Positions 9,599-17,992 of a stretch of DNA of 64,000 bases are shown piece after piece. Numbering within the stretch: position 1 is the stretch's first letter; each line of letters begins with the position of its first letter. Source of the stretch: a plasmid; the sequence record NZ_CP027239.1. One strand, written 5' to 3'. The position numbers were made by a program, and so were the translations under genes. A model generated the notes under the pieces. That model was given only the letters and a program-made list of their open reading frames with translations. It was not told where the DNA came from and ran no database searches.

Positions 9599-10585
9599 TC
9601 AGCGGCGCCACGCCCGCACGAGGGTGTGGGGCGCTAGCGGGGCGTCCTCGGGGCCTTTGATGTAGGACTCGATCCACTGGGTTCGGCGCTGGGCACGGCC
9701 AGTCCCGTGGGCCTGCTGTCGCCAGTGCCCACGCACCACCCACCGGGTTGAGTAGCGGCGGCCGCTATCTTCGCTGCCGGCGGTCTCTTCCGGATCCGCG
9801 GGGACCGTTCGCATGGGCCGGGCATCGACGACCCGCACCTGCCCGACGGGCACCGTCACCGACTCAGCAGCCCTGCTCTCGCCTGTCCGCGGCTGCACGT
9901 CCCGGGCGCGGGCCACGGCCGGCATCGCCATCAGATGCAGGGCCGCCGCCAAGAACGCGGCCACCCCCAGGTTTCGGGAGAGGCCTTGTCCTTTCCAGTC
10001 ATCGGGGATCGAGACGCTGTCGGTGAAGTCGACTGGCATCGGCAGTGTGGCGCTGAAGTGGTCGATCAAGCCACCGCGGAGAGATCGGAGCGGTTCCGGC
10101 TTATTCTCCATCTTCGTAAGAATTTCGATGTGAATCCCGTTTTCAGCCGGGAACCATAACAGTCCGTCGATTGGAACGAGGTCATCCGCAAGCCGGCTGT
10201 CGCCGGGGGAGACCTGGGCTCTCTTTCGCTCGAAGGAAGAGCGGCCGGGCAGTGATGTCTCGAACACCATCATCCCGACCGGCCATGTTACGTCCTGTAT
10301 ATCGAGGCCAGGTATGTCCTGTGAAGCGTCCATTGTGATGTCTGCCATGTCCGAGGACACCCAGAACAGTTCCGCCTCACAAGCGGCGTCAGCAGCGTCC
10401 TCCATGCGGCGAAAGTCCAGCAGGAGCCCATCAACTGCAGACTGCTGGGTGGCCTCGTCGAAGCCCATCCGAGTGGCCTTGTCCAGAAGCTCGTCGGCCT
10501 GCTTCGGCCGCTCACGGTAGTTGCGAACCAGGTTGTCTCGGAGCCCGGCCACCGCGTACGGGGACCAGGACTGCTTGCGTCTCAT
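9599..10585 (-). CDS. hypothetical protein (328 aa; only the C-terminal part of the 545-aa track ORF)
   Basis: Start MRRKQSWSPYAVAG at complement(10583..10585). The track ORF extension to 11236 is antisense to the + gene 10727..11167. Confidence 0.6.
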   Translation of the reverse strand: MRRKQSWSPYAVAGLRDNLVRNYRERPKQADELLDKATRMGFDEATQQSAVDGLLLDFRRMEDAADAACEAELFWVSSDMADITMDASQDIPGLDIQDVTWPVGMMVFETSLPGRSSFERKRAQVSPGDSRLADDLVPIDGLLWFPAENGIHIEILTKMENKPEPLRSLRGGLIDHFSATLPMPVDFTDSVSIPDDWKGQGLSRNLGVAAFLAAALHLMAMPAVARARDVQPRTGESRAAESVTVPVGQVRVVDARPMRTVPADPEETAGSEDSGRRYSTRWVVRGHWRQQAHGTGRAQRRTQWIESYIKGPEDAPLAPHTLVRAWRR

Positions 10586-10726
10586 CGGCGGAGAGTGATG
10601 GGTTCGGTCATCCCAGAATCGTAGAACGTCCACACGTCCGCGGGCGGAGCTTGTGAACTGCTGCACCCGCGAGAGCCGGGCAGAGGGTGGAGCCACCAAC
10701 CCACCCCTGGACCGGAAAGCCCCGAC

Positions 10727-11167
10727 ATGACCTCCACGCTCGATTGCCCCACCGCCACCAACCTCAACGAGCTGCCCCACATCCCGCACCCCGAGTTCAA
10801 GTCCCGCGTCCTGCCCACCCTCAAGGGCAAGGGCCACCAGCCCGGCAAGGGCATCGGCCAGTACACGACCGGCGCCACCGACGAGGGCTGGGGCCGCGTG
10901 TACGTCGTCGTGACCCCCGAAGTGGACTGCCCCACCGTTCTGCGGCGCCCGCGCGCCCGCTCCAACACCCGCCCGATGGCGCTGTTGCTGCCGCGCCTCG
11001 ACGAGGGCACCTACCCGCACCTGGTCGGGCTGGCCCGCAGCTACAGCCACGAGTTCGTGCTCCGGGAGGCCGTCGGCGACGACGCGGGCCGCGCGGTGTG
11101 CGTGATCCGGCCCGGCAAGGTCGCCGCCCCGCACTGGACCCACCGGCGCCGCGACCCCCGCCACTGA
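10727..11167 (+). CDS. hypothetical protein
   Basis: 146-aa ORF divergent from the preceding minus-strand gene. Confidence 0.6.
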   Translation: MTSTLDCPTATNLNELPHIPHPEFKSRVLPTLKGKGHQPGKGIGQYTTGATDEGWGRVYVVVTPEVDCPTVLRRPRARSNTRPMALLLPRLDEGTYPHLVGLARSYSHEFVLREAVGDDAGRAVCVIRPGKVAAPHWTHRRRDPRH

Positions 11168-11244
11168 GCGGACGGGACCGCCGCAGTCGAGCCGATCTCT
11201 CGGCGAACCCGGTTGCGGCGCCCCGCGGACGTGCACGGGGCGCC

Positions 11245-11276
11245 GTCTCCCCGGGAGACAACTGCTACTCCTGTCC
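11245..11276 (+). promoter_or_regulatory. palindrome GTCTCCC-c-GGGAGAC + CTGTCC composite element (copy 4)
   Basis: Followed by CTGCTGCACC at 11315 and ATG at 11386. Confidence 0.5.
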
Positions 11277-11314
11277 GGTTCTTCTTCGAGGTCAACCGGT
11301 ACCTGCGATCAGTT

Positions 11315-11324
11315 CTGCTGCACC
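11315..11324 (+). promoter_or_regulatory. CTGCTGCACC conserved upstream motif (representative copy)
   Basis: 62 nt upstream of ATG 11386. Confidence 0.5.
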
Positions 11325-11385
11325 GCCGGCAGGCCATCAGAGGGTGGAGTCACCACGAAGAACCCACCCCTGAGGAGCTCGCCAT

Positions 11386-11773
11386 GACCGACATCCTGAC
11401 CGCCCCTGCCGCCGGTGCCGCCGCGCAGGAGCTCACCTCCACGCCGCGCCTGGCCACCCTCGTCGACGCCGCCCTGGGCGCTTACGGCGACTGGGGAGCG
11501 GCGACGGCCACCCTCGACGCCTGCACTGGCTCGGCCGTCGAGGTGGAGACAGCCCGCGTGGCCAAGTACGACGCGTACTGCCGCTACAACCGACGGATCG
11601 ACTCCCTCGCGGAGGCCTCCGGCCACCTGATCGCCGTCGACGCGCTGGCGAAGTTCACCGGCACCAAGTACGCGGTCGATGCCGGCATCCGCTACCTCCA
11701 CGCCTCCAACGCCGCCTGGGAGCACGCCCTGGACAACCCCGAGGACTACAACGGCCTCTTCGACCCGCACTGA
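11386..11773 (+). CDS. hypothetical protein
   Basis: GAGGAG RBS. Start context cctgaggagctcgccatgacc is identical to that of the gene at 12742. Confidence 0.65.
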
Positions 11774-11946
11774 CCCACCCAGACCACTGAGGGCGGCGCC
11801 TGCAACACCGCAGGCGCCGCCCTCCTCCGAGAACGGGCTTCACCTCGCGGCCAGCGAGAATTGCCCGGCCGAACCCTGTTCCCGCTACAACGCAGCGCGG
11901 TTTCCACGCTGCGAATGCGTTTCGTTTAGACCCTCACCGGGCAAGC

Positions 11947-12390
11947 TCAGCGCCCCAAGTCGGGGCGGAGAATCGGCTTGTCACCGAGCATCATCCGGGG
12001 CTCACCGATGGACAATTCCGTCCCGTTCTCAAGCTCACTCCTGCTGAATGTCTCGCTCACTCCGCTGAGCCCGAAGCTCACCTCGTAGGGGCCACCCTCG
12101 CCCACTTCCACTGGCGTGAAGAAAGTGAACTCGCAGTGCCTGCCGCTCTTCATGGAGAGAGTCAGGTCGGTACTCCCGACCTGCTCTCCGCTGGAATCAA
12201 CGATCACAGCGCGGTCCGTGTCCGCCACTTCTCCCCTGCACCCATCGCCGTTGACGGACCCGGTGTTGTCGACCACCCGCAATCGGGCATCGAACGTGGA
12301 CGGCTCACTGCTGCAGCCGACGAGGCTTGCGAAGACGAGCGCACCAACACCCGATAAGACGGCCGCCGTCCGAGTTCTGCTGTTGATCAT
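11947..12390 (-). CDS. lipoprotein (signal peptide + LVGC lipobox)
   Basis: MINSRTRTAAVLSGVGALVFASLVGCSS... Confidence 0.7.
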   Translation of the reverse strand: MINSRTRTAAVLSGVGALVFASLVGCSSEPSTFDARLRVVDNTGSVNGDGCRGEVADTDRAVIVDSSGEQVGSTDLTLSMKSGRHCEFTFFTPVEVGEGGPYEVSFGLSGVSETFSRSELENGTELSIGEPRMMLGDKPILRPDLGR

Positions 12391-12741
12391 TTGCAGAGAC
12401 TAGCGACGCCGCCCATTCTCAGTTCGCACTATGTCCAGAACCTTCTCTGCGGTCCCCTTTTCAGCCAGGTTCGTCGTCTCGGCGGCGCCCTCGATCGTCG
12501 AGCAGGCTTCACCCCGATCAGCGACGTACTCGGCCTGGTGGACGACGACGCCGCCAGCAAGCTCTCCCGCACTCGGCTCGAGCGACCGCAGCCCCTCCAG
12601 ATGGCGGGGTCGGCGCGTTCTCGTCCTGTCCGCCGGACCCGATGGCATCTTCGCAGGCCCGCACCTCTGGGCTGCCAGGCTGCTGCTGCACCGCGGTCGG
12701 CCCGGCGGAGAGTGGTGGCACACCGACCTGAGGAGCTCGCC

Positions 12742-13008
12742 ATGACCGCCAACGCCCAGTACGCCGCCGACGCCGCCCGCACCGCCGCCCGACTGATCGA
12801 GTCCGGCGCCATGAACGCGGACGCGACCTGCGCAGAGGCCGCCGGAGTCGCCGCCCGCCTGCAGCCCGAGGCCGCCGCGGTGGTCGACTCGCTCGCCGTC
12901 ATGCCCGCCAGCCCCGAGTATCAGGCCGCTGTCGACTGGAACAACGCCCTGCTCGACCTGCTGATGTACGCACACGCCCAGGACGCGGACGCGCCCATTT
13001 CAGCCTGA
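12742..13008 (+). CDS. hypothetical protein
   Basis: GAGGAG RBS. CTGCTGCACC 50 nt upstream. The track ORF start at 12391 is an upstream extension. Confidence 0.55.
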   Translation: MTANAQYAADAARTAARLIESGAMNADATCAEAAGVAARLQPEAAAVVDSLAVMPASPEYQAAVDWNNALLDLLMYAHAQDADAPISA

Positions 13009-13155
13009 TGTGCGCAGATCGGTTGAGGCGACCAGCACGAATGGCGCGAGGCGCGTGTCGAGTGGACGCAGGCGCCCTCGATCTCCAAACATCATCAGCG
13101 ACCGCGGGAGACCACCCTCGCGGCGCGGACTTCACACTCGAGCAAAGGATCGTCG

Positions 13156-13509
13156 ATGCACCACGACCCGGTCACGTACGTCACCGCGGAGCTGAAAGCT
13201 GCCGTAGATGAGGCTCATCGAATCGGTCGGCGGCGAGAGGAGGGCATCGCCACTCCGGAGGATGACCTCCGAGCCCGCTTCCTCGAGGGGAATCTCGACG
13301 CTCTCGATAGGGCGCGGAGGATCCTCGGCACCATCGACACCGACCATCGGGAGCTAGTCGTCGCCCACCTCAAGTTCGCCCTGAATCAGTCGATGGTGCA
13401 GGGCGCACCAACAGAGTGCCTCCAGGGGTTCGCCCGCGTGATTAACGATCTCGACGATCCGCACAGTCCGATCCGTGCCGCCGCCACAGCCAATCCAGAC
13501 GTGCCCTGA
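13156..13509 (+). CDS. hypothetical protein
   Basis: 117-aa ORF with typical codon usage. Confidence 0.6.
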   Translation: MHHDPVTYVTAELKAAVDEAHRIGRRREEGIATPEDDLRARFLEGNLDALDRARRILGTIDTDHRELVVAHLKFALNQSMVQGAPTECLQGFARVINDLDDPHSPIRAAATANPDVP

Positions 13510-13557
13510 TAACTAGCCCCCTCAGCCGTGGTCGAGCTCGACACCCGGGCCGCGTTC

Positions 13558-13589
13558 GTCTCCCCGGGGAGACACCGGCCCGCCTGTCC
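13558..13589 (+). promoter_or_regulatory. palindrome GTCTCCCC-GGGGAGAC + CTGTCC composite element (copy 5)
   Basis: Perfect 8-bp-arm palindrome, then ctgtcc 10 nt downstream. Confidence 0.5.
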
Positions 13590-13709
13590 ACCCAAGATGC
13601 CTGGTCACGGCCACTCGACGCGCGGTTGTGCTGCACGGCCAGAGGCCTCCCGCATCGTTGCTCTCACATGGAGCGGGACCGGCCCGCGCCCGAGTGTGAG
13701 GAGCCCACC

Positions 13710-14240
13710 ATGAGCGTCACCTTTCAGCCCGACGAGGCACCCGTCGTCGGGTACCGCGTGGCCGACTTCGCCGGTGGCCGAGCCCCCGAGCTGTTCGACG
13801 ACCGGGACGACGCTGTCGCGGCCATGTGCGCCGCCGAGTCCGCAGGCCGCGTCCTGCCCGGCTGCACCGACCCGGTTGGCATCACCAGCATGGGCGGCTA
13901 CTTCATCGACGCCGTCACCTCCGACCTCGATCAGGCGCCCAGCATCAACGTCTCCAACATCAACGCCGTCAGCGTGCTGGAATTGCTGGGCTTCGCGCAC
14001 GACGGCGAGGTCGACCTTGTCGGCTCGTGCGACGCGGAGCAGTTCGAGGGTCGAGTCCTCACGGCGCTGGCCCTGGCCCCGGCCGACGCCGGAGTGCCCG
14101 CCTACGAGGCCGCAGGAGCCGGCGGAGCCACCATCGTCGAGTGCGGCCGACGGCCCGGCTACCACCAGGACATCCTGGGGCGTCTCTACGCGATCTGCGC
14201 GTGGGCCCGTGCCCGGCAGCGGCGCATCGTCTGGTCCTGA
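13710..14240 (+). CDS. hypothetical protein
   Basis: GAGGAG RBS before ATG 13710. Confidence 0.6.
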   Translation: MSVTFQPDEAPVVGYRVADFAGGRAPELFDDRDDAVAAMCAAESAGRVLPGCTDPVGITSMGGYFIDAVTSDLDQAPSINVSNINAVSVLELLGFAHDGEVDLVGSCDAEQFEGRVLTALALAPADAGVPAYEAAGAGGATIVECGRRPGYHQDILGRLYAICAWARARQRRIVWS

Positions 14241-14459
14241 TCAGTGGGCGGCCCGGTCAGCCTGGCGCGGGGTGTGCGCCGGCGGCTCGGGCCGCCATGG
14301 GCGTCGCCTGTCCGCCGGCGGCGGCCAGCACGAAACGGCCCGCCACGTGTGTCGACGCTGCCCGCCAGACAGACGCGCCCCTCGAGACGCTGCTGCACCC
14401 GGGCGGGGCGCCTCGACAGTGGGGGCATCACCCGTTCCCGACTCCCCAGGAGATGACCC

Positions 14460-14729
14460 GTGACTACTCCCACCACCGGCCCGTTCTGCCAGGCCGAGCC
14501 CGACACCAGCCCGAACGCCGACGGGCAGGCCCACGTGGCCTACTACGCCGGCCACACCTCCTTCGTCTGGAACGGCGGGGACCTCATCGGCGTGTGCCCC
14601 GGCGGCTACGGCGAACCCATCACCGACTGGATCCCCGCGCCCCACGGCGCGGCCGAGATGACGACGGCGCAGGCGCTGCTGTGGATCGAATCCGCCGCCG
14701 ACCTGTACCTGACCAGCCAGCGGACGTAG
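14460..14729 (+). CDS. hypothetical protein (GTG start)
   Basis: AGGAG RBS. CTGCTGCACC 65 nt upstream. Confidence 0.55.
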   Translation: MTTPTTGPFCQAEPDTSPNADGQAHVAYYAGHTSFVWNGGDLIGVCPGGYGEPITDWIPAPHGAAEMTTAQALLWIESAADLYLTSQRT

Positions 14730-14937
14730 CCGGCAGCCGGGCCGGGCGTCGCCGCGCACACCGCCGGTGATGCCCGGCCACTGCCGTCGGCTCATCTCGA
14801 AGGTGGCCGCGCCGCCCCCAACGCTGTCCGCTCGATACCCAGGTCGCAGGTGCAGGGCCGCCGCTCTCACCTGCTGCACCAGGCGAAGCCGGCGAGACGC
14901 TGGAACCACACCGCAGCAGCCAGCCCCCGGGAGGACG

Positions 14938-15182
14938 CCATGATCCGCATCAAGATCGCCGCCACCATCACCACTGACGAACCCGCCGACGTTTTCGCCC
15001 TGCACGCCGACGTCGCCGCCGCTGCCGAGGACGCGATCATGTTCACCGTCGCCGACACGCAGGTGATCGTTGACGTCGCCGGCCCGGACCTGCCCGCCGT
15101 GCTCGCGGTCCTCTCCCCCACCGGCGCCCTCGGCCAGATCGCTGTCTCCGCCGCTGAGCAGCCCGCACAGCCCGCAGCCTGA
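14938..15182 (+). CDS. hypothetical small protein
   Basis: GGGAGG RBS. CTGCTGCACC 65 nt upstream. Confidence 0.5.
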
Positions 15183-15280
15183 CCCCGCGGACCGAGCGCC
15201 CCCGCCGGCCGGTGAGGGGCGCCTCGGCGTGCGCCCGAACCGGGCCTTCACGTCGCCTGTGCGGGCCGACGCCAACGGGG

Positions 15281-15316
15281 AAGGCCCCGATCCTGCCTAA
15301 GCGGGATCGGGGCCTT
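15281..15316. terminator. 13-bp perfect stem hairpin (aaggccccgatcc...ggatcggggcctt) between convergent genes
   Basis: Seen directly. Followed by ctgtgggg. Confidence 0.5.
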
Positions 15317-15336
15317 CTGTGGGGCTCGTAGGTCAG

Positions 15337-15516
15337 GAACCGACCTGGCCGACGATGTCGGCGAGGCTGCCGATCGGCTCGGCACTGCCGGAGACGCTGC
15401 CGAGGGAACCGGTGAACGGCAGGCCGGCGAGCAGGTCGCCGATGATCGGCAGGTTGGCGATGGTGTCGTACGCGCCGAGCAGTCCGGCGATGCCGTTCAG
15501 GGATCCAGAGATCATG
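15337..15516 (-). CDS. small Gly/Leu/Ile-rich hydrophobic peptide (59 aa)
   Basis: MISGSLNGIAGLLGAYDTIANLPIIGDLLAGLPFTGSLGSVSGSAEPIGSLADIVGQVGS. The longer 157-aa track ORF N-terminus looks spurious. Confidence 0.4.
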
Positions 15517-15765
15517 GTGCGCCCTTTCAAGAGGTTTCCGATGGGTTGTAGGCGCAGGTGCCGCGCCCACCGGCCAGACGGTAACAGCGGCCCATGCCGG
15601 CGCCTGGGTTCCCAGCGAGGGCGGTAATGCCTCGACCTGTCCGACCACTCCCCCGGCCCGGCCAGGGCGGTCGGCTCGCGTGCGCCAGGCGCCGGTTCTG
15701 GCAATGCTGCACCGGCACGGGCCGGGCAGATAGTGGAGGCACACCCACCACCGAGGAGGCCTCCG

Positions 15766-16074
15766 ATGACCACCACCACCGCAGCCACTGACCCGACCGA
15801 CACCACGATCCATGGCCCGGCCGGCAGCTACACGCTGGTGTTCCGGGGCCACCGCAAGCCCGACGCGATCCGCGCCCTGAGCGCCAAGGGGCCGATGCCC
15901 TACGGTGCCGACCACCTCTGCGTCGGAGTGAGCATCATCGACGGCTACACCGTCGCCAACAACGACACCTTCCGTCGCATCATGGACTGCCTCGGCTGGG
16001 AGATCACCGAGGTGACCGGGCTCCTGGACCCCAGCGGAACCACGACCTGGCTCGGCGATCCCGTCGCCGCCTGA
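15766..16074 (+). CDS. hypothetical protein
   Basis: GAGGAGG RBS. Start MTTTTAATDP. Confidence 0.6.
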   Translation: MTTTTAATDPTDTTIHGPAGSYTLVFRGHRKPDAIRALSAKGPMPYGADHLCVGVSIIDGYTVANNDTFRRIMDCLGWEITEVTGLLDPSGTTTWLGDPVAA

Positions 16075-16139
16075 CACGCCCTCGCCCCGCCAGCGGTGTC
16101 ACCGCCCTGGCGGGGCCGAACCCTGATCGGAGACAGGCC

Positions 16140-16430
16140 GTGAACCGCTACGCCCACACGCTGGTCGAAGAACTCCACGCCGCCGGCTACGCCGCCGAGG
16201 CGCCCTGGCCCACCGGCGGCGAATGCGAGCAGATCGGCCTCCAGGTCGGCGCCCTGGAGGTCGGCATCACCAACGGCGATGCCGCCCTCCCCGACGGCGA
16301 AGTGCACGACGGCCTGATCGCCTATGTCAGTGCCCGCGACGCCGACGGTGACGAGCTCGACGCAGTCCCGCTCCCGCCGGGAGGCAGCATCGTCGACGCA
16401 GTGGCTCAGCTCATCGACCGCCTGACCTGA
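16140..16430 (+). CDS. hypothetical acidic protein
   Basis: 96-aa ORF. Confidence 0.55.
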   Translation: MNRYAHTLVEELHAAGYAAEAPWPTGGECEQIGLQVGALEVGITNGDAALPDGEVHDGLIAYVSARDADGDELDAVPLPPGGSIVDAVAQLIDRLT

Positions 16431-16440
16431 CCTCCAACCG

Positions 16441-16474
16441 GCGTCTCCCACGGGAGACGCCGCGATTCCTGTCC
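16441..16474 (+). promoter_or_regulatory. palindrome GCGTCTCCC-ac-GGGAGACGC + CTGTCC composite element (copy 6)
   Basis: Seen directly. TGCTGCACC follows at ~16547 and ATG at 16613. Confidence 0.5.
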
Positions 16475-16612
16475 GCGTCCCTTGGCTGCTCACACCCCAG
16501 CGACGGCCGATCGACATGACGCGGAACAGGCTGATTTCAGCGGTGCTGCACCTGCTCGCGGGGGCACCAACGTGGTGGGCGAAGGCACGTCACCCACCTC
16601 CAGGAGGCAGCC

Positions 16613-17071
16613 ATGGGCGCCCATATGTACGCCGCGATGCACCGCATGCCCGACACACGACCGGGAGAATCCACGAAGGACGCCTACCGGCGGGAAATCG
16701 CCGCAACCAGCGACCGAGACAAGGTCATCGCCGCTACCCTCCCCGGCGTGTTCCTCGAGTGGCCCGAGGACCTCGAGGTGCCGTTCGACCCGGACTTTGG
16801 ACCCGATGACATCTCCGCCGCGGAGATCGACGCCTTGGCCGCGAACCCGCGGGTCATGGACTTCATCGAGGCGCGCCTCGCCACGGCCGTCGACTCCGTC
16901 GTGTCGCGTGAGAGCACCACCTGGAGACTGTTCGGCATCGACGTGGCGATCACCGGTGGCATGTCCTTCGGCGATTCCCCGACCGAGGCGTTCGACTCGC
17001 ATGTCCTGCTCGGGGCGCTGCCCGCCTTCGAGATTCCGCTCGAGGCGCCCTCCCCCTCCCCTGGCGCGTAA
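16613..17071 (+). CDS. hypothetical protein
   Basis: CAGGAGG RBS. Confidence 0.6.
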   Translation: MGAHMYAAMHRMPDTRPGESTKDAYRREIAATSDRDKVIAATLPGVFLEWPEDLEVPFDPDFGPDDISAAEIDALAANPRVMDFIEARLATAVDSVVSRESTTWRLFGIDVAITGGMSFGDSPTEAFDSHVLLGALPAFEIPLEAPSPSPGA

Positions 17072-17224
17072 CTCCAGCAACCGAACCCCCAGGCACGGCG
17101 CCCCGCCCACCATTGGTCGGGGCGCCGCCCCGCTGCTCGGAGGACCCCGTGACCGGTGCCGGTTCGTGAACTGCAGCCGAGGCATCACGCGGATCGGGGA
17201 CGCGAGCCCCACTCGGGCATGAAA

Positions 17225-17420
17225 CGCGACTGGGACCGGTAACCCCTACCTGCAACACCTACCCGGAACAGGTACCGCCAACCCGTAGGCCTACCAAATA
17301 CCGGACCGGCTACCGCCAGGGGTTAACGCCAACCGATACCGGCACCCCTTGGGTACATCCCATACCCGCGAACCCATACACGTAAGGGTTCGGGGTAACC
17401 CTTACCCGCACCCCTTGCCG
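17225..17420. repeat. iteron-like cluster with GGTAACCC(C/T)TACC, TACCG and GGTTAACG repeats
   Basis: cggtaacccctacc ... ggtaccgcc ... ataccggaccggctaccgcc ... gtaagggttcggggtaacccttacccgc. Shares the core GGTAACCCTTACC with the 23.9-24.2 kb iterons. Confidence 0.45.
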
Positions 17421-17620
17421 CACCGCCGTGACGTGCACCAAGCAGCGACTCGACGACTCGGGAATAATGCCACTGCCGGCGCGTGTACCGATTCACGCAT
17501 GCCCCCGGTGCCGGCCGCAGCCCAGCGGCGTGGCGGGAGCCCCAGCCGCCCTCGGCAGCCTGTCCGAAGCGGCACGACCCGGCCGTACCCTAAGACGGCC
17601 GCCTACCCGCCAGAGGAGCT

Positions 17621-17861
17621 CGACGTGCCCCGGAACAACTTCCTCCGCTTTCCCTCCGACAAGGAAGGCGAGAAGTACCAGTACGCGCGCACCGCGAACA
17701 TGGTCATAGCGATCACCGCATCAATCGGCCTGTGCATCGTCATGCTCGCTCTGTACGCGACGGTGAGGTCTTCCCTGCTGTTCGTCGCGGCAGGCATCAG
17801 CGCAGGTGTCGCGGTGGGGCTCTGGTACCTGACCAAGCCCCCGGTCGACGAGGAACCCTAG
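17621..17861 (+). CDS. small two-TM membrane protein (GTG start)
   Basis: GAGGAG RBS. Hydrophobic helices MVIAITASIGLCIVMLALYATV and LLFVAAGISAGVAVGLWYL. Confidence 0.45.
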
Positions 17862-17992
17862 GAGCATGGGTCAGTAATGGCTCGAAGCGCGCCGAGAGTA
17901 CGGCGGAGTGCGTGAGAGCGTTGCGCTCGGGCCGGCGTCACTGGCGGACAGGTATTCGGTTTGCGAAGCCGCGGTGATGGCGTTCAGTCCGC

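Noticed and set aside
10586-11236. N-terminal 218 aa of the 545-aa minus-strand track ORF 9599..11236
   Set aside because: Gly/Ala/Val-rich junk that is antisense to the well-formed + gene 10727..11167. The real minus-strand gene starts at MRRKQ (10585).
11365-12763. Identical 22-bp start contexts (cctgaggagctcgccatgaccg) of genes 11386 and 12742 as evidence of paralogy
   Set aside because: The proteins themselves do not align convincingly beyond Ala-rich composition. Probably a shared translation-initiation context rather than gene duplication.
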